A stretch of DNA of 64,000 nucleotides from Blastocystis sp. subtype 4 (Eukaryota), in NCBI RefSeq assembly GCF_000743755.1, contig NW_014569543.1:1-64000 (forward strand), written 5' to 3'. Of this stretch, positions 52,370-64,000 are shown one piece after another. The notes beneath the pieces are model-generated. The model was not told where the DNA came from and searched no databases. It was given only the letters and a program-made list of their open reading frames with translations. Position numbers and translations under genes: made by a program. Positions within the stretch are counted from its first letter, which is position 1. Every line of letters starts with the position of its first letter.

Positions 52370-52832
52370 TTAACCGATCCACTTATGCCTGCAATGAACA
52401 CACATAAAAATCAGAGCCATTGCATCATCTCCATCTCCGTGAGCCTGAAAGAAAACACAGCCTCGTTGATGACACTTCTCGCATTCCTTATTCTCATCTC
52501 GACTAAGAGTAGGGTCATCAATAACATCATCTTCGACCAGATTCAAAATCGATCTGTGCATCAACATTTCTTCAAGTCAATACCTAGACTCTGCTTTGTA
52601 TGACACTTTAAATACACAGGGCTCTTTGCTTTCTTCTGTAAAGTCACATTGCTTACATTTGTAGACAAGTCGAACTCCATGAATACTATCTGCTTCTTCC
52701 ACAGCATACATGATATTGTTGCTAGAGTCGTAATGTAGAACTTTCTACACCTTACCATTCCTTGCAGAAATGCATCTTCACAACAGAACTACTGGACGAC
52801 CTACTATGACACACAAAGGATTCAACTTACAT
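52370..52832 (-). CDS. RPB9: RNA polymerase II subunit RPB9
   Basis: MHFCKECNNIMY, CKQCD, DPTLSR..ECEKC...FFQ...LIFMCVHCRHKW. Confidence 0.93.
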
Positions 52833-52920
52833 ATTCCAAATCCAAGCAACTCTAGAAACTGGGAATCAAGTCCCAGAATCGGTGGCAAAAATATACTTGA
52901 TTTTCTAGAACTGTCAAAAG

Positions 52921-53896
52921 ATGAATAGCTTGCAGATACCAGATATTGACCATTGTATGTTGGATCCCTAGACTTGTAAGATATCAGATGAATATCAAAG
53001 AGGAAAATGGTCGTTTCATTGTTCCAAGAGAAGTGTTATCACCATTTCAACTACATTAGATCAGTATTAGATGCATGTAAAATGTGATTTTGTAGATGGA
53101 GCAAGGATTGGAAAATGAAAATGCCCGATATGGTATATGGAGATAATAAACTGTTAATTTGCTACAATGGATCTGAACAACAAATTCTCGTATTTCATTT
53201 CGGTTCTACTTGAGTGTAGATTAACTGTCAACACATATTAGAACATCGTTGTTTGGAATCTGAATTTGATCCTTTGTTGATCAAGTTTGATACTTTAAAA
53301 GTGAATCCCAAGTAAGGGTTGGGATGAGTGTAAATGTAAGCATTCCCGTTCATTCAGATGGCTATCATTGGGCATTTCCATCTTAGTAGTGTTTATAGAT
53401 AAGAATAATCTGTAGTGCGGGTGCCTATGGTTATGATATTACTCAAGAAGAGCCGACAGAGGATCGTCTCCCCTATGATCTCCTCCAACGTCGTGATCCT
53501 ATTCAGTGGTGTCAATCGTTCCTTTTGTATGAAGACAATCTTCATGATTTTGGATATGTTGTGGAAGAGTGTCGAGTGGTAGGTGTATGAACTTCTGTTG
53601 AGTCTAGAGAGTTATGAAAGACTTCTTCTATGTCTTATTACAGGGTTATTTGAGGATTGATCGACAAGGTGTATATGTGATGAGTCATCGCTATTTTGGA
53701 GTAAGTGAAGGGGTACAAAATGTAACGTAGTACTTAGAGGGATCTTCCATTCTACACGACTTTTCTGTACAACATTTGGATTGGTCCCTGGTGAAGAAAG
53801 AAGAGAAGATACTCTTTGAAGACATCCGGAATGTAAATCAATTCTCTTCGTTATTCGATGAAAGGCAACATACTGTTACTCGAATTCATATAAAGT
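52921..53896 (+). CDS. TIP41: TIP41/TIPRL PP2A regulator; stop probably completed by poly(A)
   Basis: MPDMVYGDN, LLQRRDPI, LYEDNLHDFG, RVM, LRID; ends AAG T|cgtc TGTTTGTA. Confidence 0.85.
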
Positions 53897-53900
53897 CGTC

Positions 53901-53915
53901 TGTTTGTAACAAACA
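53901..53915. terminator. Palindromic bidirectional 3'-end element TGTTTGT-A-ACAAACA
   Basis: Perfect 7-bp inverted repeat; each half lies 4 nt from an incomplete stop codon. Confidence 0.8.
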
Positions 53916-53919
53916 AAGA

Positions 53920-56036
53920 ATGGTACAGGTTTAGGAGGAGGAGTGGGTGTAATATGAACAGGTCCTTCCTGAACAAAAGATTCTGGAATCGATTGAACAG
54001 GCATAGGAGCAGGATTGATTGTTACTATTTGAGGGTCTGTAAGTGGAAGATTGTTCGTCTTAAATCCTTTTCGATAAGGGACTCGATTCTTCTTTGACAT
54101 TCGGATCACAAGAGAATGAGGTGGATGAAGTCGACGCTGTCTACTCATCATTATTTTTCCATATTCTAACCTTTGTACATAACAATAGCAACATATCACA
54201 ATCAAACAAATCATTCCAATAAGAAGAATAGCTGAATACTTCATAATGAAGATACGAAGTTGTATCCATATTAGATTACCATTGTCATCTGGCATAGTGT
54301 CATTCCGATAATCATTAGAATATGGATCAAATCCATTAATTATCCCATAACTTGTTACTAATACTCAATTTCTTAATTAAATCATTACCATAACAATCTG
54401 GAGAAGGTACAGAGAATCCAATACGATCATGAACACGATCGTGAATTATATTCATTCCTCGCATAAAACTGTCACCTAAAAGAACATACTAAATGAAATG
54501 AATATATGAATGATACCTGTTCGGTTATCTTTTGAATACCAAGATAATAATATGAAACACCATCTCTTTCCAATCGGAGGAAATATACAGAAGGAGGAAT
54601 AGATATATCTGCTCCATCAAAGATGAAATGAAGTGATGGCCAATCATTAGTTGGATCTACTGTAATAGACACATCATCAAAAAAGCTCGGATATGTGGAA
54701 ACATCTACATTCATATCAAATCATCATGATGACATGGAAGACTCGAGTATTGTGTTTGCATAACAGATTTAAATTGATTGTATATGTTGGTTGGAAGAAG
54801 AATTAGTGTGGTACCAGAATCGAGAATGCAATCAAGAGAATTCTACAAATGATCTATATAACAAATTCATACAATTTGCAATTTGACGGCTCCTACAGCC
54901 ATTCCTTTCATCTTCACAAGATAGTATGAGGTGTATTGCAAATCGACCCATGTTACATTTCCTTTCTATTCATATATATAAAACAAATGAATTACATATA
55001 ACCCATCATCAACATCACCAATAGCCAAGATCCCTCTTTCTTCACCAAAACATATGGAAAAGACATCCGTAATATTCTGGCTTTGATCTATAATGATATA
55101 GATGAAACAGTACTTACACTCTGAGACAATCTCATCAATCCATGTCTTATAGCAAGATGGAGAACAATATAAACTACTATATGCAATTCCAAGAAGCCCA
55201 TCTGTATGTTCACTCCAGTTTCCTGACTCAAATCTACAGTCCATCTTTCACCCCACTTCTTACAAGGACACACCCACTGTTGACAATGCAGTGACTGTGC
55301 CAGTGTTGGTTGATACTGCTGAGAGACGATCTCGATGTAATCCTCCTTCTGCTCTGATCGTGAAGTGGATAGCCTTATCCTACGTACTTGAATCTCCATA
55401 CGACACATAGAATGCACAGAGGGTATTGTCCAACCGAGCACAACATTGATTTTGTAGAGAACATACATTTCGATCTTTACACCGTTCATTGCAACTATCT
55501 AGAGATAATCACTCCTATGAACAACATTCTTGATGAACAAGAACTCGAGGTACAATTAATCGCTAGTGAAGAAGAACTTGTATTCACTGTATATCCATAA
55601 TTATACTACAATCTTAGAATGTGCCACTAACTGAACATGAGGACATGTCTCACAGGTTGATGATGCAAGAATGTTGAGGTTTGATCCCGTATCCTTCAAG
55701 TAATTTCAACGAAATGAGTCATACAATGTGCATTCGGACGTCCTGAGACGGGGTTCCAATTTTCATGTCAATCCAGTACATGCCCAGATTGATCTTTCCT
55801 CCTATGAGTATCCTATATGGAGTGAAACACTATTCGTGTGAGAACTGATAAGGAAAGAATACGTAAGCGTAGTGAATCAACACTATAATCACATTAACAA
55901 TTTTCATTTAGTGTCCGCTGAAGTTGAGCCGGAATAACTGCTCCAAATAAACCAAAAGACACACAACTGAAGCAAAAAGTGTGTAGACACAAACATCTGG
56001 TTTAAACAGAAGCGCTTGAAGATGACCCAGAGGCAT
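53920..56036 (-). CDS. Membrane-anchored A1 aspartic protease (start uncertain); stop probably completed by poly(A)
   Basis: IGTPSQ...DTGS and ILDSGTT catalytic motifs, YVSYGD flap, DGLLGIA, C-terminal TM; ends CCA T|tctt TGTTTGTT. Confidence 0.85.
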
Positions 56037-56042
56037 TTTTGT

Positions 56043-57265
56043 ATGTTCCTGGGATCACTAAGCGTAGCCGTATGCGTATCAGTTCTATGCTACTTACTTG
56101 ACTCCAATGGTTCTTAATAATGGTGTCACCTCATCCTTTAGAAGAGCAAAAACAACTTCGGTTTTCTGTAATCGATGATCGTTGAGTGTAATGTTTAGAT
56201 GACCTCGTTTACATCGGAAATTGCTAGTAATACATTTCTTCCTGATTTTGGAACTCAAAGTCGCAATCGTTTCGTTGTCTGAGTGGATTTACGAACAGAG
56301 TATGATTATGACTACATTTGGTACCCCATTCCTTTTAGTCAGCTATTTAAAAACAAATCTAGCCGTTACAAGAGTTTTGGTCAGTCTGATTCTTCGTTTC
56401 CAAGTTTTATCCATTTTGGTGAAGTTTGTAAAGATGTGTATGCAAACTCTCCTCTTCTCTTTGTTACTGGAAGTAGTAGCAATCATGTTTTTGCCAATAT
56501 AAATTGCATGTATTCTATTGTAGCAGCTGACGCAAATGCATCGATTGTATTCATAAATTTCGGTCTTTCAGGTCATGAACTACGGGTTCTAAAGAAACAC
56601 TTTTCTTTGATTCATTCGCTCCATGTTTCACTCAATTCATCAGCTCAGATATATTACCGTGTGTTCAACTTCAACAATTTCCCTAATTGGATTAGTATCA
56701 ACAATTATTATGTTGGTGGCTATGCCTGGAAGGTGATCAGTTATATGGATGTTTTGCGTGAAGTTCACGGACCTCTCCTATGGACAGATGCCGGATCTGT
56801 TTTGAATGGAACTATGACACAAGAAATGAGTTATATGCATGATTATGGTGTTTATTCTCCCTATTCTTCTGGAGATATTGCTACATGGGTTCATAATGCA
56901 TCAATCTCGTTCCTTCAGACACATCACATGATTAACTCTGTTGACCCATTTGCACTGATGTGTACAGGAGGATATCTATTTATTGACGGAAGCAATGCTA
57001 CTATTATGAAGAGAGTGTTTGGACCACTCTTTGAATGTGCTTTTACCAAGAAGTGTATATCTCCTGATCTAACGAATCGCAACAACCATCGACAAGACCA
57101 GGCGATTTTGACTATGTTACTGCATTCAGTAGGAGTAGAGAAATCTTGTACAAAGGAATATACATTTCTCCCGGAATTGCGAAGGGACTGTGTTTATCGT
57201 AATAACTGTAACGATATTTTCAAGCAGATATGGAAACGTCTTCGTGTCAAATATGATATTTCATG
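56043..57265 (+). CDS. DUF1647-like glycosyltransferase-related protein; stop probably completed by poly(A)
   Basis: FVTGSSSNH, YAWK, LWTDAG, HRQDQAIL; ends TCA TG|tgga TGTTTGTT. Confidence 0.65.
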
Positions 57266-57346
57266 TGGATGTTTGTTTTTTGTCACTTCTTCTATGACAA
57301 AAACGAGGGTATTTTGTTGCGCGGTTTTTTCAAACCATCTTCTTCT

Positions 57347-60300
57347 ATGAATTCTCCTACCCGGCAGGGACAAATGGACGTTCCAATAATCGTAAAACGT
57401 TTTAAATCGTTTGTCCTTTCGGAATGTCGTGATCAATTGATGGTAATTATGGCGCATGGTAATGAAACTAAACACTTTGGTGTTTATGTTAGGTAGGTTT
57501 CTTTTCTGGTTGATTTTCGAAGTGTTCAAGATTTGTTTTCTGTTGACCCTGAATTGGGTAATGTAATATTGAATCGATCTCTTCAGACTACTTCTCTTCT
57601 GGATATTGCATTGCATGAGGCTCAAGAGACAATCTATAATGTGATCACCGATGAAGAGGATCGGAATCTTCTCTCTATTAAAGATCTATGTCACTGCCGG
57701 TTCTATGACCTTCCTCCTGTCCCGGAGTTTCATAAACCCTCGGTGGGTCTCATTCGCAGTGACGATTTGGGTCGATTAGTTCAGTTCAGCGGTACTGTAC
57801 TCCGAACTGGAATTGTATTCTATTATCTTTAGATCAAACGTAGATTAAGATGTTGGAAGCTGAGAAAGAGTTTGAGTGTCAAAACAATCGATGTCGTTGT
57901 CGATTTAAAGTCAAAGCCGATATTGAGCAAGGTGGTATCATGGAATTACCAGTAGATACCTCTCTGATTGTTGATATCTAGACGAAATGTCCCTCAAATG
58001 GATCTATTGGCAAATGCAAGTCAACTGTATTCAAACCTGTGGAGGTAGGTTGTATCATTCATTGTTCCTGTAGGGGAGTGTTGTGTGTTGTGATTATGAA
58101 GAAATCTTGGTTCAAGAGAGAATTCAAACATTGGAAGTTGGGACGATGCCTCGTTCGATCACAGTTATTCTCTTGAATGACTTAGTAGATACATGCAAAG
58201 TGATCATTCTGTTCACTCTCTTATTTGAAGGCAGGAGACGATATTGTCATTACAGGGGTTGTGAGACAGCGATGGAAGCCATTGATTCGTGATAACACTT
58301 GTGAGGTGGGGATGATAGTCGTTGGTCTATCTGTTCGTCTTGTTGGTGATCGTGATAATGATCGATTTTTAACAGATGGTTAATACTTGAGAAATGAATC
58401 ATTAATAGAACTAATTCAGAAGTTCCAAAAGTATTGGCAATTTTTCTACTCTATACAGAAACAGCCTTTTTTAGGTCGTAATATTATCATAAGTAGTATA
58501 TGTCCAAATTTGTATGGTTTGTATCTGGTAAGTTGATTTGAAGGAGTTTAATATTGAGGTCAAACTCTCTTTGATTCTCATTCTTATTGGAGGTGTCTCG
58601 AATCATTCAGATAAGAACCCTGTTCGAGGTCAGTCCCATTTGTTGCTGATTGGAGATAGTTCAACTGGAAAGAGTCAGTTATTGCTCTTTGCGAGCAAGA
58701 TTGCAATTCGTTCAGTCATGACAACTGGTTTGGGCACAACGAGGTGGAATATGATGACGATGAGTGATTGATAGTGCTGGTTTGACTTGCTCTGCTGTGA
58801 AGGATAGTGGAGAATGGATGTTAGAAGGAGGTGCATTGGTTCTAGGAGATCGTGGTGTGTGTTGCATTGATGAGTTCAATTCGATTCGAGAACATGATCG
58901 AGCCACCATTCATGAAGTAGGAATAGTGATGATAATGAAAGGAAGGCAATGGAGCAACAACGATTATCTGTTGCAAAAGCTGGCATTGTGACGACACTCA
59001 ACACTCGGACTATTGTTATAGCAACATGTAATCCCCGCGGGAAATATGATGTGTCTCAAGATTTGTCTGTGAATACTTCGATTGCATCTCCATTACTATC
59101 TCGTTTTGATTTGATCTTGCTATTGTTAGATAGTTCAAATAAGAAGGTGTTGTAAGTTGCAATGAATGATGATTAGTGGGATACAGAAGTAGTGAACTAT
59201 GTATTGAATGCAAGCATTAACATTGAGAATGAAGATCTATTTAAGTACTCAAAGCGTTATAATTGTAAGGATACTGTCAATAGCTTATCATCAAGCTCCA
59301 CTATGGTCAGTTGAAGAGCTTAAAGGCTACATATTATTTGTTCAAAGAAATTTTACACCGTTACTCTCATCAGAGGCTCAGTTAATCTTAACTCGTTATT
59401 ACCAATACGTAAGAGGTCATAACAACAGTGTAGCTCAAGCAACAGTTCGTCTGTTGGAGTCTCTGATTCGCTTGGGTCAAGCACACGCCCGTTTGATGAT
59501 GCGAAATCGAGTGATTACTATGGTAGTGTTGTTAGTCAGTGTTAATCCTAGGATGCCATTGTAGTGGTGTTGTTGATGGAGGCCTCGGTCTTGGGAACAG
59601 GTCTTCTGGGTATTGATAAGAGAGTGATTTGATTCTAGATATTAACAACTTGTTGTATATTGACTTCCCTACAGACTGTGAAGCAGAGTATCTGAATCTG
59701 GAAATTCAAATACTGTCCAAACTACATTTGGAGTTGAGATTGTGAGAATACGTGATGAATAGGAATGATATCAAGCCTACTAGTTTTGATGAGTTGAAGA
59801 ATACTGATGTATACACGATTTATGAGGGAGATGGACAGGAGATGCAAGAATTGGTAGATCCAAAGTTAGCTCATGGAGAAGAAGAGAGAATTCCTCTCCA
59901 ATCAGTATCTCTCACTCAATCTATGCCCCCTCCTTCTCCATCAACACCTCTCGTTCAATCCATGCCTCCTCCTTCTCAATCTATACCTCCTTCTCCATCA
60001 ACACCTCTCATTCAATCAATGCCTCCTCCTTCCCAATCTATTCCCCCTCCTTCTCCATCAACACCTCTCATTCAATCTATGCCTCCTCCTTCTCAATCAA
60101 CACCTCCTTCTCAACTGGCGCCTCTTCGTCAGTCCATACCTCTTCCTTCCCAATCAGCGTTATCTTCTCAATTCATGCCTCCTCCTTCCCAACCTGTTTC
60201 ACAACAACCTCATCATACAACCCAACAGAATGATATAACAGATGAAGAACTGCTGGAATTGCTAGATATGGATGAAGCGATTTCCACACAATCCAAAGAC

Positions 60301-60582
60301 ATTCTCAAACTCATTCCTGATTCAGTTATCTCGGAAGTTGAAAGCCTTTTTAAACCAACACAACCATCACAATCTGAACAAGAACAAACGGAAGATTCCC
60401 GAATTGACTGCAGCTTACGAGAAGAATCGTTTCGATTATCGCAATCTGTGGAAGAAGAAAGACGTACACAGTCTATGCAAATTCCAAATGATAATCATAA
60501 AGTGAAACCAAATTCTAGAGATGTTTTGTCATTTGATGATATGGATGACCTAATTGGAGATGATCTGAAAGACTATCTATGA
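57347..60582 (+). CDS. MCM9: MCM9 helicase
   Basis: Zn finger, [79 protein letters not shown]. Confidence 0.88.
59915..60195 (+). repeat. Pro/Ser/Gln coding tandem repeats in the MCM9 tail
   Basis: Alternating QSMPPPS and PPSPSTPLI units, ~57-60-nt period. Confidence 0.75.
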
Positions 60583-60871
60583 TACTCCTGTTTTCTTGCA
60601 ACTAGCTAGTATTCGAAGAACCAGAGGGAAAAAGACGAAAAGTGAATTTGTAGTACCATTTTGTGTATACGTACTTTCAATATTCGCATACTAACCATCA
60701 TATATATATTGAAATACGAATACGCTCAAATGCGCAACAACACTTGGCTATTGGTGTTATGCGAATACCGCGGTAACATGAGGATAATGGCAAATATGTT
60801 TTGTTTCTCCCCTTATAACAACCAATCATATGAACAACCAATGAATGGTAATCTGATAATCATATAATCCT

Positions 60872-63800
60872 ATGGACTCTCTTGTGCTATTATATTTTAT
60901 TCTCTCTTGTTGAATCCGAAAGTATGGTTGATCTATAGTCACTGCTGCAATTGAGTGTTCTTCTTCTCAGTTACTTCTTACCATAGAGAGAGTTTATCAA
61001 TCAAATGCATACAAAGAAACGTTTCAGGTTTGGGAAGGAGAGGCTAATTCCGGAATCTTGGTCATCGAACAGAATGGACTGAATATGGCGTCAACAACTC
61101 AGTCATACGAGGCGTGTTTCAATCCTACACTTCATTCTATTGTCCTTCTTCAAACGTAAGAGTTCATCCTGCTAATCATTTGTAGTGACGAGTCTGGTTG
61201 GGCTTCTGGATCTTATATGCTCATTAAACGTCAAGATGGTACTGTTCTTGGTCGATATACATTGGATAAGTATGGGCGTCGTGTCCTAAAGTTTAATCCT
61301 TCTTTCATTCTTGCTGCTGGAGCCACTTGGAGATACAGTAATACGTACTCCGAAGGTTGGATGAATCCAGACTTCACTGTGAATTCTTGGTTAGGTGCTT
61401 CTCAAGGAAGTTTCTCAAGTGTCTCTTCTTCTCTAATCACTCGTTACTATCGCTTTGCTTTGCCTATCACTATGGATCTTACTGGATATTCGTCCTTTGA
61501 ACTTGCTGTCAAGAGTACCTACGGTATCATTATGTACGTGAATGGAGAGGAAATTTATCGTAACAATCTTCCTGCTGATGCCACCTCAACCACATACGCT
61601 ACTGCTGCTGATGGATCGTTTGGTTGGCGTCGTGCTTTTGCTAGTCGTCATTTGCTTACAGAGAATACTATTCTTGCTGTCGAAATTCATTTCCTTGAGA
61701 ATCATGCAACCTTCGATGATGAATTTGATGCCTATCTAAGTCTTGTTTATGGAGGTACTCATCGTATGTTTGACGGAACGAACACTGGAACCCATCAGGA
61801 AGATTGGACAACAGAAGAGGGGTGGAATATGTGGGATGATCAGCGTAATAATAAGTGGTATATGAATGGTCTTCCAGCAGAGAATATTTACACCTTTAAT
61901 AACGCTCGTGCTGAGTATGTGAACTCATATAAGATGATTTGGGGTACATACTCGGAGGCCCGTAAGCCTCGTAGTTGGAAGGTTGAAGGTAGTAACGATG
62001 GTTCAACCTGGGAACTGTTGGATTATCGTAGCGGCATTTCTCCTGGTCATTTTCAGTCAGCTCGTGTGTTCAGGATGTCTGCTGTACGCAAGGGATACAA
62101 ACAATTAAAGTTCACTCTTCTGACAACAGGAGGAAGTGAAGCTGAGTTTGCAGATCTCTCGTTGTATGCTGAGGATCTTCCTCTCGCTGATTATACTGTT
62201 GCTTATGAGAAGCCGTATGTATTCTATTCAGGTCAATCAGTTTTGATCAGTCCTCTCTCCACTCAGTTCCACTCATGGTCCATTACTCCGGATCTTCCAT
62301 CAACTCTGACATTCGATTCATCTTGTGGTATGATCTCTGGTACTGCACCAGGTGACGAAGGAACGACGGTGTATACAGTGACTGCAAAGAGTTATCTCAC
62401 TGGTGACTTGGATTATTCGGGAGCTTTGTCACTCACAATCGACTCTTGTTTCGGATCGTATCGCAAATTGCGTATTATACGTGATAATGGAGCGCATCGT
62501 GGTACTGAGTACATCCATATCAAGAAGGATGGAGCCATCGTTGAAACATTCCAGCCTGTTGATGATACTGGAAGTGAAGCTTCCTCTTCAGAGACAACAT
62601 TCTACTGCCTTCCTGCAGGAAAATATGAGCTTGAGTTCCATAGCGATTTCTACCCGATCTGGTCTGCTGGCTCGAAGATTACTCTTGCATCCAATTCGGT
62701 TTCAGACACATTCACATTTATGGGCGCGTATTCGGCTGCTAAGGATGGAGAAGTTATTCCCATTAGTCTCGGAAATGTGCTATCTGGAGATGTGAGTGGT
62801 TGGACTTATCGTGCCGATGGAGTTGTCCCAGAAAACTGGTTCTCTACATATTACTCTGAGACATGGAGTGAACTGGTGACTCCTGTTCCCTCCGTATCTC
62901 AGTCTGTGTGGTTGCTGCGTCGTACGGTTCATGTTGATTCCTTAGTTAATATAAATGCTTATGAAATCGATTTGAAGGTGCGTTCAGGTGTTGTTCTCTA
63001 TGTAAATGGAGTTGAAGTCTATCGTGTACATGTGGATGGACCCGTTACTGCTTCTTCTACCTCTTCCTTCTCTGCCACTTCTCCTTCATCTCATGTATTT
63101 GTCGGATTGGTAGGAACCAATTACCTCCACACAGGTGATAACGTTCTTGCTGTTGCAGTAGTGAATAGTGGATCAGATACTGTCTCTTTGGACTTCACTG
63201 CTACTATGTACTTCCGAAGTGAAGTCAGTATGTTTGCTCATGGAACAGGTCTTAGTATATCTGGCGACGGTTCTAATGTTTCCAATCTCTTCAATGGTGG
63301 TTCAAGCAATCAATGGACTGCTACTCTTAGCGAATCTGGAGCCTCATTCCAGTTCATATGGAATACAAATGCCTGGCGTAAACAGCAGATCAACAAGTTC
63401 TGCATGGTTCCTTCTGCTGACTATCCTAAGCGAGATATTGCTGACTTTGTCGTTCTAACCACACCTGATGGAGAAGAATGGACTGAACTGACTACTTATA
63501 CAAATATTCGATTTGGAGGTCGTTTGGATCGTAAGTGTTTCTATTTGAACAATCCTACGACAATCCGAGGCATGCGAGTGCATGTAATGAAGGCAGTAGA
63601 AGGATCTTCTGTTCAATTAACTCTGTTTGATGTAATGATGGAGAACACTGACAATATACCTGAAACTTCTCTGACGTATTCTTCGAGATTCATCAGTGCT
63701 GTGAAAGGAGCTCCTATTGAAACAATTATGCCTACTTCACAAGCCTTCATGGACTATTCAATCACTCCAGATCTGCCTGAAGGACTGGTTCTTGGTAGTG

Positions 63801-64000
63801 ATGGATCGATTGCGGGTACACCAACCATTGCTCTTTCTGAATCTACTTTCGTAGTGCATGCTCACCCTGCAAATGGAGGAGAGGAAGTGACAGCTACACT
63901 TCTTATTGAGGTAGTTGCATGTGAAGAGTATACTCCACTCATTTTCGTTCATATCACAGAGACGGGATCTTTAGGACCTCATATGGGTTATAAGCTCATT
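60872..64000 (+). CDS. Large secreted/surface protein with discoidin (F5/8C)-like and putative Ig (He_PIG-like) domains; runs off the window
   Basis: Signal peptide; PRSWKVEGSNDGSTWELLD; PDLPSTLTFDSSCGMISGT and PDLPEGLVLGSDGSIAGTP; repeated YVNGxExYR; open frame from ~61187 to the window end. Confidence 0.8.

Noticed and set aside
60665..60780. Inverted repeats TTCAATAT/ATATTGAA and TATTCGCATA/TATGCGAATA
   Set aside because: Short AT-rich stems in a promoter-sized spacer; cannot be told apart from chance.
1..64000. Prokaryotic systems (CRISPR, operons, IS elements) or an alternative genetic code explaining fragmented ORFs
   Set aside because: The fragmentation is explained by short spliceosomal introns; no repeat-spacer array or transposase seen; long exons translate cleanly in the standard code.

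Overview
Gene-dense eukaryotic nuclear DNA with many ~30-nt GT-AG introns, very short intergenic spacers and a recurrent TGTTTGTT-type element just after gene 3' ends. These traits together point to Blastocystis, probably a low-GC subtype (inferred, not confirmed by a search). About 33 protein genes and one tRNA-Asp(GTC) can be read, including VPS13, SEC31, MCM9, DDX56, a PFKFB, a Cet1-type RNA triphosphatase, RPB9, RPL29, three mitoribosomal proteins, an acetate:succinate CoA-transferase, glycosyltransferase-like genes and a large Ig-like/discoidin surface protein. Main points of interest: (1) several genes whose stop codon appears to be completed by polyadenylation; (2) four convergent gene pairs sharing a 15-16-nt back-to-back GU-rich 3'-end element, with both stops cut or completed by poly(A); (3) a U12-type AT-AC intron; (4) a 190-nt structured intron that may host an H/ACA-like RNA; (5) a compact, divergent CTC1-like OB-fold gene; (6) a 116-bp foldback repeat present twice, one copy beside a decaying GST/SEC31-3' segment. 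Gene models were spliced by eye, so some exon boundaries and start codons are approximate.
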